A stretch of DNA of 54,709 nt from Minisyncoccota bacterium (GTDB lineage: Bacteria; Patescibacteriota; Minisyncoccia; Phycocordibacterales; UBA6065), in NCBI GenBank assembly GCA_035545915.1, contig DASZXL010000002.1, positions 1 to 54,709 of the forward strand, given 5' to 3'. Below, in pieces: positions 37,703 to 47,062 of this stretch. The notes under the pieces are model-generated. The model had not been told where the DNA came from. It saw only the letters and a list, made by a program, of their open reading frames with translations, and ran no database searches. The position numbers and the translations under genes were made by a program. Every line of letters begins with the position of its first letter. Within the stretch, counting starts at the first letter, position 1.

Positions 37703-38620
37703 ATGTTCTGGATCAACACCAAACGAATAGTGAAGTCGGGCTTCGTATCCTTCTGGAGGAACGGATTCGTGTCCCTTTCGTCCGTCCTCATCATGACTCT
37801 CACGCTCTTCACCTTGGGCGGCATCATGTTCGCGGGAGCGCTCCTCGATTCCTCTCTCGATCAGATCAAGGCCAAGGTGGACGTGAACGTCTATTTCGTG
37901 CCGACGGCGGAAGAGGACAGCGTCCTCGCGCTTCAGAAGAAGCTTGAAGCCTTGCCTGAGGTCGCGAGCGTCGAATACGTGTCGCGCGACGAGGCTCTCG
38001 AGAATTTCAGAACTCTCCACGCGAACGACCAGATCACGCTCCAGGCCCTCGACGAGCTCGGCGAAAATCCTCTGGGCGCGATATTGAATATCAAGGCAAA
38101 GGAGCCGTCCCAGTACGAGGGCATCGCGAAATTCCTCGACTCCGAGGGCGGGGAGGGAGGCGCATTCATAGATAAGATCAACTACTACCAGAACAAGACC
38201 GCGATCGACACCCTGACGCGCATGATAAGCGGCGGCACCAAGATCGCATTGGCGCTCACGCTCGCTCTCATCGTCATATCGATCCTCATCGTCTTCAACA
38301 CCATACGATTGGCTATATACATAGCTCGAGAAGAGATCGCCGTGATGAAGCTCGTGGGAGCATCGAACCGGTTCGTTCGCGGGCCGTTCATTATATCGGG
38401 CATCATGTATGGCCTCGTATCCGCGGTCATCACCCTCGTCTTCCTCTATCCCGCGACCTTCTGGGTTTCGAACGTGACCGCCACGTTCTTCAGCGGCTTC
38501 AGTCTCTTCGCGTATTACGTGAACAATATGCCGATGATCATGGGCGTCATCATCGGTACGGGATCGGTCCTCGGCGCCATATCGAGTTATCTCGCGGTCC
38601 GCAAATACCTCCGTCTCTAG
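37703..38620 (+). CDS. ftsX: cell-division permease-like protein FtsX
   Basis: 305 aa. TM1, then an extracytoplasmic domain (VEYVSRDEALENF), then 3 C-terminal TM segments with the FtsX-type layout. Confidence 0.85.
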   Translation: MFWINTKRIVKSGFVSFWRNGFVSLSSVLIMTLTLFTLGGIMFAGALLDSSLDQIKAKVDVNVYFVPTAEEDSVLALQKKLEALPEVASVEYVSRDEALENFRTLHANDQITLQALDELGENPLGAILNIKAKEPSQYEGIAKFLDSEGGEGGAFIDKINYYQNKTAIDTLTRMISGGTKIALALTLALIVISILIVFNTIRLAIYIAREEIAVMKLVGASNRFVRGPFIISGIMYGLVSAVITLVFLYPATFWVSNVTATFFSGFSLFAYYVNNMPMIMGVIIGTGSVLGAISSYLAVRKYLRL

Positions 38621-38722
38621 CGAGGACTATCCACAGAGGGGAACATTTCGAGCGAGCTTTCGTAGTATTCGTAAGGGCGCACTGTTAGAAGGGCGCGTCC
38701 GTTACCAGACTAACGAAACTCT

Positions 38723-39466
38723 ATGAAGAAAACTAAGGCATTGGCATATTCTGCCCTCTCGATAGCCTTGGCGGCGGCTCTGCCGGTATCGGCCCAGATA
38801 CGGACGGATATTAATGCGGGACTTAATACAGGCGTATCGGTGGGCGGCGTAGTGCAAAACGTTGTGAAGGCCTCTGCGTCCACGTCTGTCGGCGGTTCCG
38901 TGCAGAACGGAACCGATTCGGGCGCGCAGACGAATGCGCAAACAGGCGCAGAGACCGATACGAATACGAAAATCAATACGAGCGCTCGAGTGGAGACTTT
39001 CTCTATATCTCGCGACGATGTCAAAGCGACTACGACCGAATACGTGGCGCCGGCGAATGTCACGTCATCGGCCGATCTCGAGACTTATTCCCGAGGCGTC
39101 ATCATGGCCGATGAGAATGTGGTCAAGATATCGACCGGGGACAGCTACGTATCCGTCTGGTATCGCGAGCCGATGAAAGTGCTCGGCATCCTGCCCGTCT
39201 CCGCTACGGTGAAGGCCACGGTCGATGCGTCAGGCGAAGTGTCGGTCGACTATCCGTGGTGGCACAGCCTTTTCGTGAAGGATGACACCACGGCGGATTT
39301 TCAGAATGACCTCGATATGACCGCGGGCGTAATCGCCAAGGGCGAATCGTCGGCCTCGCTCTCATCCTCGGCGAAGGCGCGCCTCGTGAATGCGGTGCGC
39401 ACGACCATGAAGGCTCATTATGACGCGAATGCCAGCGCCTCTTCGTCCGAGACCGCCGCATACTAG
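38723..39466 (+). CDS. secreted hypothetical protein
   Basis: Signal peptide MKKTKALAYSALSIALAAALPVSAQ. Thr/Ser/Gly-rich N-terminal region. Confidence 0.65.
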   Translation: MKKTKALAYSALSIALAAALPVSAQIRTDINAGLNTGVSVGGVVQNVVKASASTSVGGSVQNGTDSGAQTNAQTGAETDTNTKINTSARVETFSISRDDVKATTTEYVAPANVTSSADLETYSRGVIMADENVVKISTGDSYVSVWYREPMKVLGILPVSATVKATVDASGEVSVDYPWWHSLFVKDDTTADFQNDLDMTAGVIAKGESSASLSSSAKARLVNAVRTTMKAHYDANASASSSETAAY

Positions 39467-39485
39467 ATCCGAGCCCGCGCGAACG

Positions 39486-39512
39486 AAGCCTCTATCGCGG
39501 TAGAGGCTTTTT
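39486..39512 (+). terminator. intrinsic terminator
   Basis: aagcctcta-tcgcgg-tagaggctt followed by ttt. Confidence 0.75.
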
Positions 39513-39532
39513 GCGTACAATCATTCCTGCCT

Positions 39533-40105
39533 ATGGAGCGCACAGACATCGAATTGATGGAGGCATCGAAGCGGGGCGACGCCCGCTCGTTCGATGAGCT
39601 CGTCTCGCGCTATATCGATCGCATATACGGCTTCGCGCTCCGATTCTCCGGTTCCGCCGATATCGCTACCGATGCGGCGCAAGAGACGTTCATCAAGGTC
39701 TGGAAGAACAGGAAGCGATACCGAGCGGGCAGGAACGTGTCCCCGTGGATATTCACCATCGCCCGTAACGCGACCCTCGACGTCCTCCGCAAGAGAAAGG
39801 ACCTCTCGTTCTCGTCGGTCCAGCTTAAGGACGCAGAAGATATGGCAGAGGCGTTGCCTGACGAGAGCGTAGACATACCCGCGAGCTTCGATTGGGCCGT
39901 GCTCGCGCGCGTCCTTGACGAGACGCTCGAGGAGCTCACGCCGGACCAGCGCGCTATCGTCATCCTTCATGATAAGGAAGGTATGACGTTCGATGAGGCG
40001 GGAGAAGCCATAGGGAAGCCTCTCAATACCGTTAAAAGCCACTATAGGAGGGCTATTATCGCACTCCGTAATAAGCTCGAGGACAGGGGCTATCGAGGCC
40101 CTTAG
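39533..40105 (+). CDS. ECF-type RNA polymerase sigma-70 family factor (second copy)
   Basis: Region 2 ATDAAQETFIKVW and region 4 TFDEAGEAIGKPLNTVKSHYRRAI. Confidence 0.85.
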   Translation: MERTDIELMEASKRGDARSFDELVSRYIDRIYGFALRFSGSADIATDAAQETFIKVWKNRKRYRAGRNVSPWIFTIARNATLDVLRKRKDLSFSSVQLKDAEDMAEALPDESVDIPASFDWAVLARVLDETLEELTPDQRAIVILHDKEGMTFDEAGEAIGKPLNTVKSHYRRAIIALRNKLEDRGYRGP

Positions 40106-40155
40106 AGCCGTATAAAGCCCTGCACCAAAACCTTATTTTTTAGCGTATACCGAAC

Positions 40156-40563
40156 ATGGCGATAGACAGGAATCCTTTCTCTTATATAGCGGCGGACAAG
40201 GCTCCGGAGGCTCTCCGAGGGGACATCCGCATGCGCGTCGCGTCTCTCGAGAGGCGGGCGTGGACGGCGCGACTCTCCGCGCTCGTTGCGCTCGCTCTCG
40301 CATCTCTCTCCGCGCTCGTCGCTTCGGCTCTCTATGTCTGGAATGCGGTGGAAGCTTCAGGCTTTATTCAGTACGTTTCGCTCATATTCTCCGATGGTCC
40401 GGCCATGCTCGCATATTCGAGAGAGCTCGTATGGTCGCTCCTCGAATCCGCGCCGACTTTCGGCTTCGCTCTCGTCCTCGGGGCCGGGCTCATATCGGTC
40501 GGCTCCGTGATGTCGGCGGGGAGGCTCGTGCGCGCGAGGCATGACGTCGCATTAACCGCCTAG
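40156..40563 (+). CDS. putative anti-sigma factor (membrane protein)
   Basis: 135 aa, 3 hydrophobic segments, directly after the sigma gene. Confidence 0.5.
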   Translation: MAIDRNPFSYIAADKAPEALRGDIRMRVASLERRAWTARLSALVALALASLSALVASALYVWNAVEASGFIQYVSLIFSDGPAMLAYSRELVWSLLESAPTFGFALVLGAGLISVGSVMSAGRLVRARHDVALTA

Positions 40564-40599
40564 CGTTCGCTTAATCTCTTTATCCTATCTTTTATCGCC

Positions 40600-41118
40600 A
40601 TGAACGATTCCCTTAACAAGCGCTTCGACGATATGTGGAACAAGGTGTTCTCCGGTCCCGACAAGAGCCGCCGCATAGGCATCGTCCTCGTCGCCGTGAT
40701 CGTCATGCTCCTCATATTCCAGGCGGGCGTGTCCGTCGGCTATCACAAGGCCGCATTCTCGTATCGCTCGGGCGAGCGCTATGTCCGGATGGTCCAAGGC
40801 CCTGATATGAACATGGGATGGACGGCCGCGATCCCGACCGACGATAGGTTTCCGGCAAGCCATGGCACCGCGGGAAGGGTCGTATCGGTCTCTTTGCCGT
40901 CCTTTGTGGTCGCGAGCCCCGACAATCGCGAGCAGACCGTGACGGTGAGCGGCGCTACCGCCGTACGCATGTTCCGAGGGAACGCTTCGACGAGCGATAT
41001 ACAGCCGGAGCAGTTCACGGTGGTCCTCGGAGAGCCCGACCAGTCGGGCGTGATACAGGCGCGGTTCATCCGCATTCTGCCGTCAGGCGACGGGTTCGGC
41101 GTATCGACGCAACGATAA
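40600..41118 (+). CDS. hypothetical bitopic membrane protein
   Basis: 172 aa with TM segment IGIVLVAVIVMLLIFQAGV and a beta-rich ectodomain. Confidence 0.6.
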   Translation: MNDSLNKRFDDMWNKVFSGPDKSRRIGIVLVAVIVMLLIFQAGVSVGYHKAAFSYRSGERYVRMVQGPDMNMGWTAAIPTDDRFPASHGTAGRVVSVSLPSFVVASPDNREQTVTVSGATAVRMFRGNASTSDIQPEQFTVVLGEPDQSGVIQARFIRILPSGDGFGVSTQR

Positions 41119-41124
41119 ACATCT

Positions 41125-42792
41125 ATGAATAAAATCAAGGCTTTAGGAATTTTGGGAAAGGTGAAGGCGTGGGCGATCGCTCATAAGGTAATGGCCGTCG
41201 TGGCGGTGGGCGCCGTCGCGGTCGCGGGATACGGCGCATACCGCACGTCGTCTGCCGCGACGGCGCCGGCCAAATACGTCCTCGCGAGCGTAGAACGAGG
41301 CACGCTCGTCACATCCGTGTCCGGATCCGGCCAGGTCGCCGCTCAGAATCAGGTGACCGTCACGAGCGAGGCCTCCGGCGATATCACCTGGATCGCCGTC
41401 GAGGACGGACAGACCGTCGCGAAAGGCGCGACCCTTGCCACGATCGAGAGCTCCGATGCCTCTCGCGCCGTCGATGACGCCGAGCTCGCTCTCGAGAATG
41501 CCAAGGTCGGCTACGATAAGGCCGTGAAGGAATCGGACGATCAGGCCGCCTCTTCGTCCGTGTCCGACGTCGCCAAAGCCTATCAGACCGGCTATAACGC
41601 CATCGTCGCCACGTCCATCGACCTTCCCGTCATATTCGCCGGCCTCAACGACATCTATTACACGCCGTCTCATTCGCCGTACTTCTCTGATATAAAGCTT
41701 TCGAACGAGGTCGACGCTAACGCCGTCGCATACAAAGAGCAGGCGGGCGCCGCCTTCGACGACGCGCGAAACGAATATCAGGCGAATTTCCTGCGCTACA
41801 AGAACATATCCGAATCATCGTCGGAGGCTGAGGTCGTGTCGCTCCTGACCGAGACGAATACCATACTCAAAAAGCTCCTCGGCGCCCTTTCAGGCACCTA
41901 TAGCACGCTCGACTACGCTCAGGGCAAGCTCGCCGTGCCGCCGGCGATACTCGCGACCGATAAATCGTCGGTCTCTTCCTATGTGAGCAAGGTGAATTCG
42001 GATTCATCGAGCATAACGAACGCGCTCTCCGCCATTGATAATGCCAAGACCGCGGGCACGTCGGCGAATCTGTCTATGAAATCGGCAGAGCTCGCCGTTC
42101 GCCAGGCGCAATCGGCCCTGTCTGACGCCCAGACCGCGCTCGCCGATCATCGCGTCTCGGCGCCGTTCGCCGGCCTCGTCGCCAAAGTCATAGCGAAAGT
42201 GGGCGATAAGGCAGGGAACGGCACTCAGATAGCCACGCTCGTCACCAAAGAGCAGATGGTCAATATATCGCTCAATGAAATAGACGCCGCCAAGGTGTCA
42301 AAGGGAGAGAAGGTGACTCTTACGTTCGACGCTATCGACGGGCTTACGCTCGCAGGCCATGTGTCGAACGTCGACCTGGTCGGCACCGTATCGCAAGGAG
42401 TCGTATCGTATAGCGTCCAGATCGCATTCGATTCGAATGACGAGCGCGTAAAGCCCGGCATGACCGTGAATGCAGCCATCGTCACCGACGCCAAGCCTGA
42501 CGTGCTCATCGTTCCGGCGGGCGCCGTAAAGACCGCGGCCGGCGCATCCTATGTCCAGGTATTGTCGAATAATGCGCCGACGAACGTGCCGGTCGTCATA
42601 GGTTCGTCGAACGATTCAGAGACAGAGATCGTCTCCGGCATCGCGGAAGGCGCCCAGATCATCGCTCGCACCATAGCGGGGTCGACGGGCGCGTCTAAGG
42701 CCGCGGCGCCGAGCATCCTCAATAGCATCGGCGGCGCGCGCGGCGGCGGGGCCGCCGGAGGCGCTACGTTCAGGGCGACTCAGATACGATAA
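41125..42792 (+). CDS. HlyD/MacA-family periplasmic adaptor (membrane-fusion) protein, extended
   Basis: N-terminal TM segment; lipoyl/barrel-sandwich half motifs (SGDITWIAVEDGQTVAKGATLATIE ... VSAPFAGLVAKVIAKVGDKAG); a long coiled-coil insert; Gly-rich tail. Confidence 0.8.
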   Translation: MNKIKALGILGKVKAWAIAHKVMAVVAVGAVAVAGYGAYRTSSAATAPAKYVLASVERGTLVTSVSGSGQVAAQNQVTVTSEASGDITWIAVEDGQTVAKGATLATIESSDASRAVDDAELALENAKVGYDKAVKESDDQAASSSVSDVAKAYQTGYNAIVATSIDLPVIFAGLNDIYYTPSHSPYFSDIKLSNEVDANAVAYKEQAGAAFDDARNEYQANFLRYKNISESSSEAEVVSLLTETNTILKKLLGALSGTYSTLDYAQGKLAVPPAILATDKSSVSSYVSKVNSDSSSITNALSAIDNAKTAGTSANLSMKSAELAVRQAQSALSDAQTALADHRVSAPFAGLVAKVIAKVGDKAGNGTQIATLVTKEQMVNISLNEIDAAKVSKGEKVTLTFDAIDGLTLAGHVSNVDLVGTVSQGVVSYSVQIAFDSNDERVKPGMTVNAAIVTDAKPDVLIVPAGAVKTAAGASYVQVLSNNAPTNVPVVIGSSNDSETEIVSGIAEGAQIIARTIAGSTGASKAAAPSILNSIGGARGGGAAGGATFRATQIR

Positions 42793-42811
42793 CTCTCCAG
42801 ATCCGCATCCC

Positions 42812-43519
42812 ATGATCGAAATCAAAGATGTCACCAAGACATATTCCGAGGGAACAGATGTCGCCTTTCAGGCTCTGAAGGGCGTGAGTTTCAGCATCGA
42901 AGACGGCGAATTCGTCGCTATCATGGGTCCCTCTGGCTCGGGCAAGTCGACCCTCATGCATATACTGGGAGCGCTCGATACGCCGACGTCGGGGGCATAC
43001 CGCCTCGACGGCAAGGACGTGTCGACCCTGTCCGATGACGAGCTGGCGGATATCAGGAAAGGGAAGATAGGGTTCGTATTCCAGTCTTTCAACCTTCTTC
43101 CGAGGACTACGGTTCTTCGTAACGTCATGTTGCCCTTGGTGTATGCGGAGGAAGAAGAGGGTGCGCGCGAAGCGCGCGCCAAGAAAGCCCTTCTCTCATC
43201 GGGCCTCAATGAAAGCCATTTCAGTCACCGGTCGAACGAGCTCTCCGGCGGCCAGATCCAACGCGTCGCCATAGCCCGCGCCCTCGTGAACGATCCCACG
43301 CTCATCCTCGCCGACGAGCCGACGGGAAATCTCGATTCCCGGACGGGCGAGATCGTGCTCGGCACGTTCCAGAAGCTCAATGAGGAAGAGGGTCGCACCA
43401 TAGTCCTCATTACCCACGAGCATGACGTCGCCGAACATGCCAAGAGGATCATATTCATTAAAGACGGCAAGATAGAGAGCGATAGCAGGAGCCATACCCG
43501 TCGTAAGGCAAATCCATAA
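42812..43519 (+). CDS. MacB/LolD-type ABC transporter ATP-binding protein
   Basis: Walker A GPSGSGKSTLMH, signature LSGGQIQRVAIARA, Walker B LILADEPTGNLD. Confidence 0.9.
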   Translation: MIEIKDVTKTYSEGTDVAFQALKGVSFSIEDGEFVAIMGPSGSGKSTLMHILGALDTPTSGAYRLDGKDVSTLSDDELADIRKGKIGFVFQSFNLLPRTTVLRNVMLPLVYAEEEEGAREARAKKALLSSGLNESHFSHRSNELSGGQIQRVAIARALVNDPTLILADEPTGNLDSRTGEIVLGTFQKLNEEEGRTIVLITHEHDVAEHAKRIIFIKDGKIESDSRSHTRRKANP

Positions 43520-43520
43520 T

Positions 43521-44744
43521 ATGAGAGCCATAGATCTATTCGAAGAGACCCATGCCGCATTGTCCGCCAACAAAGTAAGGACCGGCCTTACCATGCTCGG
43601 CATCGTGATCGGCATCGCATCGGTTATTGCCATGACCGCTATCGGAGCAGGCGCGCAGAACGCCATCGAATCGAGCATCCAGTCCATCGGCTCGAACCTC
43701 GTCATCGTCATGCCCGGCTCTCAGAGGACGCAGGGCTATCAGGTATCCTTCAGTCGCGGATCGTCGCAGACCCTTACCCGCGCGGATGCCGAGGCTCTCG
43801 CATCCGAGCTCACGCTTGCCAAGGCGGTCGCGCCCGATCTCACCGGGCGCTATCAGGTCACGGCCAAAGGCACGAACACCAATACCTCGGTCGTGGGCGC
43901 GACGAGCGTGTATCCGTCGGTGAGGAATGTGAGCATGGATATCGGCGATTTCATAAGCGACGCTCAGGATGCGTCTATAGCCAAGGTGGCCGTCCTCGGT
44001 CCGACGACGCGCGACGACTTGTTCGGCGAGGGCGCTGATCCTACAGGCCAGATCATTCGCATCAGGGGCATCCAATTCACCGTCATCGGCGTGACCAAGG
44101 CCAAGGGCGGATCAGGCTTTGGCAGTCAGGACGATACTATATACGTGCCTCTCTCGAGCGCGTCGCGCTATCTTGCCGGCGGTAACCACGTCTCTACCAT
44201 CAGCGTCCAAGCGATCGATGCGCGATCTATGACCGATCTCCAGACCGAAGTGACAGACGATCTCCTCGCCCGTCACAAGATATCCGATCCGACTCTGGCG
44301 GATTTCAGCGTGCTCAACCAGGCGGATATCGTCGCGACCGCTTCGTCTGTGACCGGTACGTTCACCATGCTCCTTGCGGCCGTCGCGGGCATATCGCTTG
44401 TCGTAGGAGGCATCGGCATCATGAATATGATGCTCACGACGGTGACCGAGCGTACGCGCGAGATAGGCCTGCGCAAAGCGATCGGCGCCAAGAAGCGCGA
44501 TATCAATCTCCAGTTCCTCGCAGAGGCGGTCGTTCTCACATTCCTTGGCGGGGCGATCGGGGTGGGGCTGGGGTGGGCGATATCGTTCGCGCTCACATGG
44601 TTCGGCGTATTGAGCGCGTCCGTATCGCTCTCGTCAGTCCTTCTCGCATTCGGGGTGTCGACGGCGATAGGCATCGCTTTCGGCTATTATCCGGCGCGGC
44701 GGGCGGCAGACCTCAATCCTATCCAGGCCCTGCGATACGAGTAG
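43521..44744 (+). CDS. MacB/FtsX-family ABC transporter permease
   Basis: 407 aa. TM1, a large extracytoplasmic MacB_PCD-like domain, then 3 C-terminal TM segments ending in YYPARRAADLNPIQALRYE. Confidence 0.88.
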   Translation: MRAIDLFEETHAALSANKVRTGLTMLGIVIGIASVIAMTAIGAGAQNAIESSIQSIGSNLVIVMPGSQRTQGYQVSFSRGSSQTLTRADAEALASELTLAKAVAPDLTGRYQVTAKGTNTNTSVVGATSVYPSVRNVSMDIGDFISDAQDASIAKVAVLGPTTRDDLFGEGADPTGQIIRIRGIQFTVIGVTKAKGGSGFGSQDDTIYVPLSSASRYLAGGNHVSTISVQAIDARSMTDLQTEVTDDLLARHKISDPTLADFSVLNQADIVATASSVTGTFTMLLAAVAGISLVVGGIGIMNMMLTTVTERTREIGLRKAIGAKKRDINLQFLAEAVVLTFLGGAIGVGLGWAISFALTWFGVLSASVSLSSVLLAFGVSTAIGIAFGYYPARRAADLNPIQALRYE

Positions 44745-44779
44745 GGTCGGGGAGGCCGGGAGTCTTAATCAAATAGAAT

Positions 44780-45214
44780 ATGAATATCAAAACCAAGATC
44801 ATTATAGGCGCGGTCGTCATGGCGGGGGCGTTCTTCTACGGAGGATATGCGTATGCCTCTCATGGAATGCCCGCTCGCGGCGGCGCTATGCGATTCGGAG
44901 GCTCGGGTCAGAACATGGCTATGGCGGCTGGCATGATGTCCCGGAACGGAGGCATGGGCGGCATGGTCACGGGCTCCGTCATAGCGAAAGACGACCAGTC
45001 CATAACGGTGAAGCTCTTCGACGGCGGCTCGAAGATCGTCTTCGTCGGCGCGTCGACTCAAGTCATGAAGAGCGTCCAGGGCGATATCTCGGACGTATCG
45101 GTAGGCCAGAGCGTATCGGTCACGGGCTCGCAGAATCAGGATGGTAGCGTTACCGCGCGATCCCTCGATATCAGGCCTCTTCGCATGGCGACGACGTCGG
45201 CCGTTCAGAGATAG
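44780..45214 (+). CDS. secreted hypothetical protein (DUF5666-like beta domain, Met/Gly-rich linker)
   Basis: Signal/TM IIIGAVVMAGAFFYGGYAYA, then GGAMRFGGSGQNMAMAAGMMSRNGGMGGM, then a beta-barrel-like tail. Confidence 0.6.
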   Translation: MNIKTKIIIGAVVMAGAFFYGGYAYASHGMPARGGAMRFGGSGQNMAMAAGMMSRNGGMGGMVTGSVIAKDDQSITVKLFDGGSKIVFVGASTQVMKSVQGDISDVSVGQSVSVTGSQNQDGSVTARSLDIRPLRMATTSAVQR

Positions 45215-45222
45215 TCTCTCGC

Positions 45223-45960
45223 TTAAGCCCTATAAGCTCCTCGGAGCATGTTGACGTATATCCTCCAGAGCTCGATCAGGGACTCGTAGTAAGATCGTAG
45301 ACTTACCTTCGATCCGCTCGGATTTTCCCAATATACCGGTATCTCTCGTATGCCGAAGCCTTTCTCGCGGGCGATGACGAGGAGCTCGACGTCGAAGCCG
45401 AACCTCTCCGTCCTCTGGAGAGGGAATACCGCTTTGACCGCCCTTTCGGTGAAGAGCTTAAAGCCGCGTTGAGTGTCGCGTATACCGGGCGTCGCGAGGG
45501 CGCGGATAAGAAATCTCGATGCCTTGCTTGCGAGGCGGCGGTGCCATCCTGCCCGATCGATCACGCCGGATTCGTCGGAATCGATAGAGCCGATAGCGAC
45601 CTCGCAGCCGTTTCGGCCCATCTCGCGGAGGAATGGCTCTATGGAGTCTATCCGGACCGAATTGTCGGCGTCCATGAAGAGCCGGTATTCGCCTTTGGCG
45701 GCGAGCATGCCGGCTTTGACCGCGAATCCTTTGCCGCGGTTCTTGCAATACGAGATGAGTCTTAGCGCGGGGAGTCCCTCGGCAAAGTCGCGGACGACGG
45801 CTTCGGTCCCGTCCGTCGCTCCGTCGGAGACGACTATGATCTCATAGGAGAGCGCTCTATCTGAAAAGAATCGCTTGATGTCGGCGAGAGTTGCGCCGAT
45901 CCTTAGTTCCTCATTATATGCGGGTATGACTATCGAAAGGACGGGCCTGTGCGTGTTCAT
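45223..45960 (-). CDS. GT2 polyprenyl-phosphate glycosyltransferase (GtrB / dolichyl-phosphate glucosyltransferase-like)
   Basis: SIVIPAYNEE and DxD FMDADNSV. 245 aa soluble GT-A fold. Confidence 0.85.
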   Translation of the reverse strand: MNTHRPVLSIVIPAYNEELRIGATLADIKRFFSDRALSYEIIVVSDGATDGTEAVVRDFAEGLPALRLISYCKNRGKGFAVKAGMLAAKGEYRLFMDADNSVRIDSIEPFLREMGRNGCEVAIGSIDSDESGVIDRAGWHRRLASKASRFLIRALATPGIRDTQRGFKLFTERAVKAVFPLQRTERFGFDVELLVIAREKGFGIREIPVYWENPSGSKVSLRSYYESLIELWRIYVNMLRGAYRA

Positions 45961-45966
45961 AGTTTT

Positions 45967-46446
45967 TCATTTGTTAGGGGTCGTTGATAGGGGCCTGAAT
46001 ACGAAGAGCTTGTACCCGATATAGTTCCAGGCGACTGTCGCGAGGGCCCCGCAGAGCGCTCCCGCATTGGCGCGTAGACGTACATCGGCTATACCCGCTC
46101 CGGCAAAGAGCTTGAATGCCGCGGACGATACGATGATATTGACGATGAGCCCGGCGATGGATACGGCGGCGAATCGACCCCCTTCCTCGATCTGTCTCCG
46201 GACGTCGAGGGAAGAGTCTTTTTTGCCGAATACCCACAGTTTATTGATGAAGTAGCTCTGCGCGACGGCCACGCTGAAAGAGCCAGCCTTGCATAGGATA
46301 TATGCCAAGGTCGACCTTCCCGCGGAGCCGGCGAAGAAGAGGAGGCCGTTGAGCACGACGAAATCCGTCGCGGTGTTGAGGGCGCCCGCGGCGAGGAATC
46401 TCGCATACTCCAGGGACGGCGTCGAACCCTTGAAGAGGCGCGCCAT
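45967..46446 (-). CDS. GtrA-family membrane protein (putative polyprenyl-P-sugar flippase)
   Basis: 159 aa, 4 TM segments, motifs FLAAGALNTATDFVVLN and NKLWVFG typical of GtrA. Confidence 0.8.
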   Translation of the reverse strand: MARLFKGSTPSLEYARFLAAGALNTATDFVVLNGLLFFAGSAGRSTLAYILCKAGSFSVAVAQSYFINKLWVFGKKDSSLDVRRQIEEGGRFAAVSIAGLIVNIIVSSAAFKLFAGAGIADVRLRANAGALCGALATVAWNYIGYKLFVFRPLSTTPNK

Positions 46447-46893
46447 CGGAGTTTTTATTATTCAGTTGCTAATATGTCTTAGAGAGGGCATGTGTCGATC
46501 GATCGGAAGAGCCGAGGTCGTAAGGCGGGCGGTCTTTCTCTCGCTGTCTATTACGAGGCCTTGCAAGGCATTGTTTCTGGCGGACCGAAGCCGCGACGTC
46601 GAACCAGGATACAGATATGAGATCTTGTATAGGACACTTTTAGCTAAAAGGCGCGTATTAGATACGGAAGACACTCTTTCAACAAAATAATCTCAAAAGA
46701 TCAAAAATAGTGCTGCAAGGGAATCATGCTCGCGGGAAGACCTATTCTTCCCAGTGCCGATGCTTTACACGGCACGAGCATCGCTAAGGGCCTCCTCTCG
46801 GGAGGCCTTTAACGCGTCTGCCGAAGCCCGGCGTAACTTTTGGCGGAAGGTTCTCGTACTAGAGACGAGCCTTATAAGCGATAACTAATCTTT

Positions 46894-47046
46894 ATGCTCG
46901 TAACCATAGCAACGCTTCTCGTAATACTCTGGGTCCTCGGCGTCGTGACCTCATACACGGTCGGGGGCTTTATCCATATACTCCTCGTCGTCGCCATCAT
47001 CATGTTCCTCGTCAGAGTGATTCAAGGCAGGAATCCTGTGGCGTAA
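46894..47046 (+). CDS. 50-aa double-TM membrane protein (lmo0937-like), not in the ORF track
   Basis: atg at 46894, taa at 47044-47046. MLVTIATLLVILWVLGVVTSYTVGGFIHILLVVAIIMFLVRVIQGRNPVA. Confidence 0.55.
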   Translation: MLVTIATLLVILWVLGVVTSYTVGGFIHILLVVAIIMFLVRVIQGRNPVA

Positions 47047-47062
47047 TAGCTCCCCGTATGCT

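Noticed and set aside
46726-46812. 28-codon mini-ORF (MLAGRPILPSADALHGTSIAKGLLSGGL) overlapping the hairpin cluster
   Set aside because: It has no promoter or RBS context and no recognisable leader-peptide codon bias. It is more likely a by-product of GC-rich stems.
46447-46893. Tested by eye for RNase P RNA (GAGGAAAGUCC, ACAGAAnCCGGCUUA), tmRNA (tRNA-like ends, GGUUCGA T-loop), SRP RNA (GGAAGCAGC) and 6S
   Set aside because: None of the conserved cores is present on either strand. A GGTTCGACG string on the minus strand lacks flanking T-stem pairing. The region stays unclassified rather than assigned.
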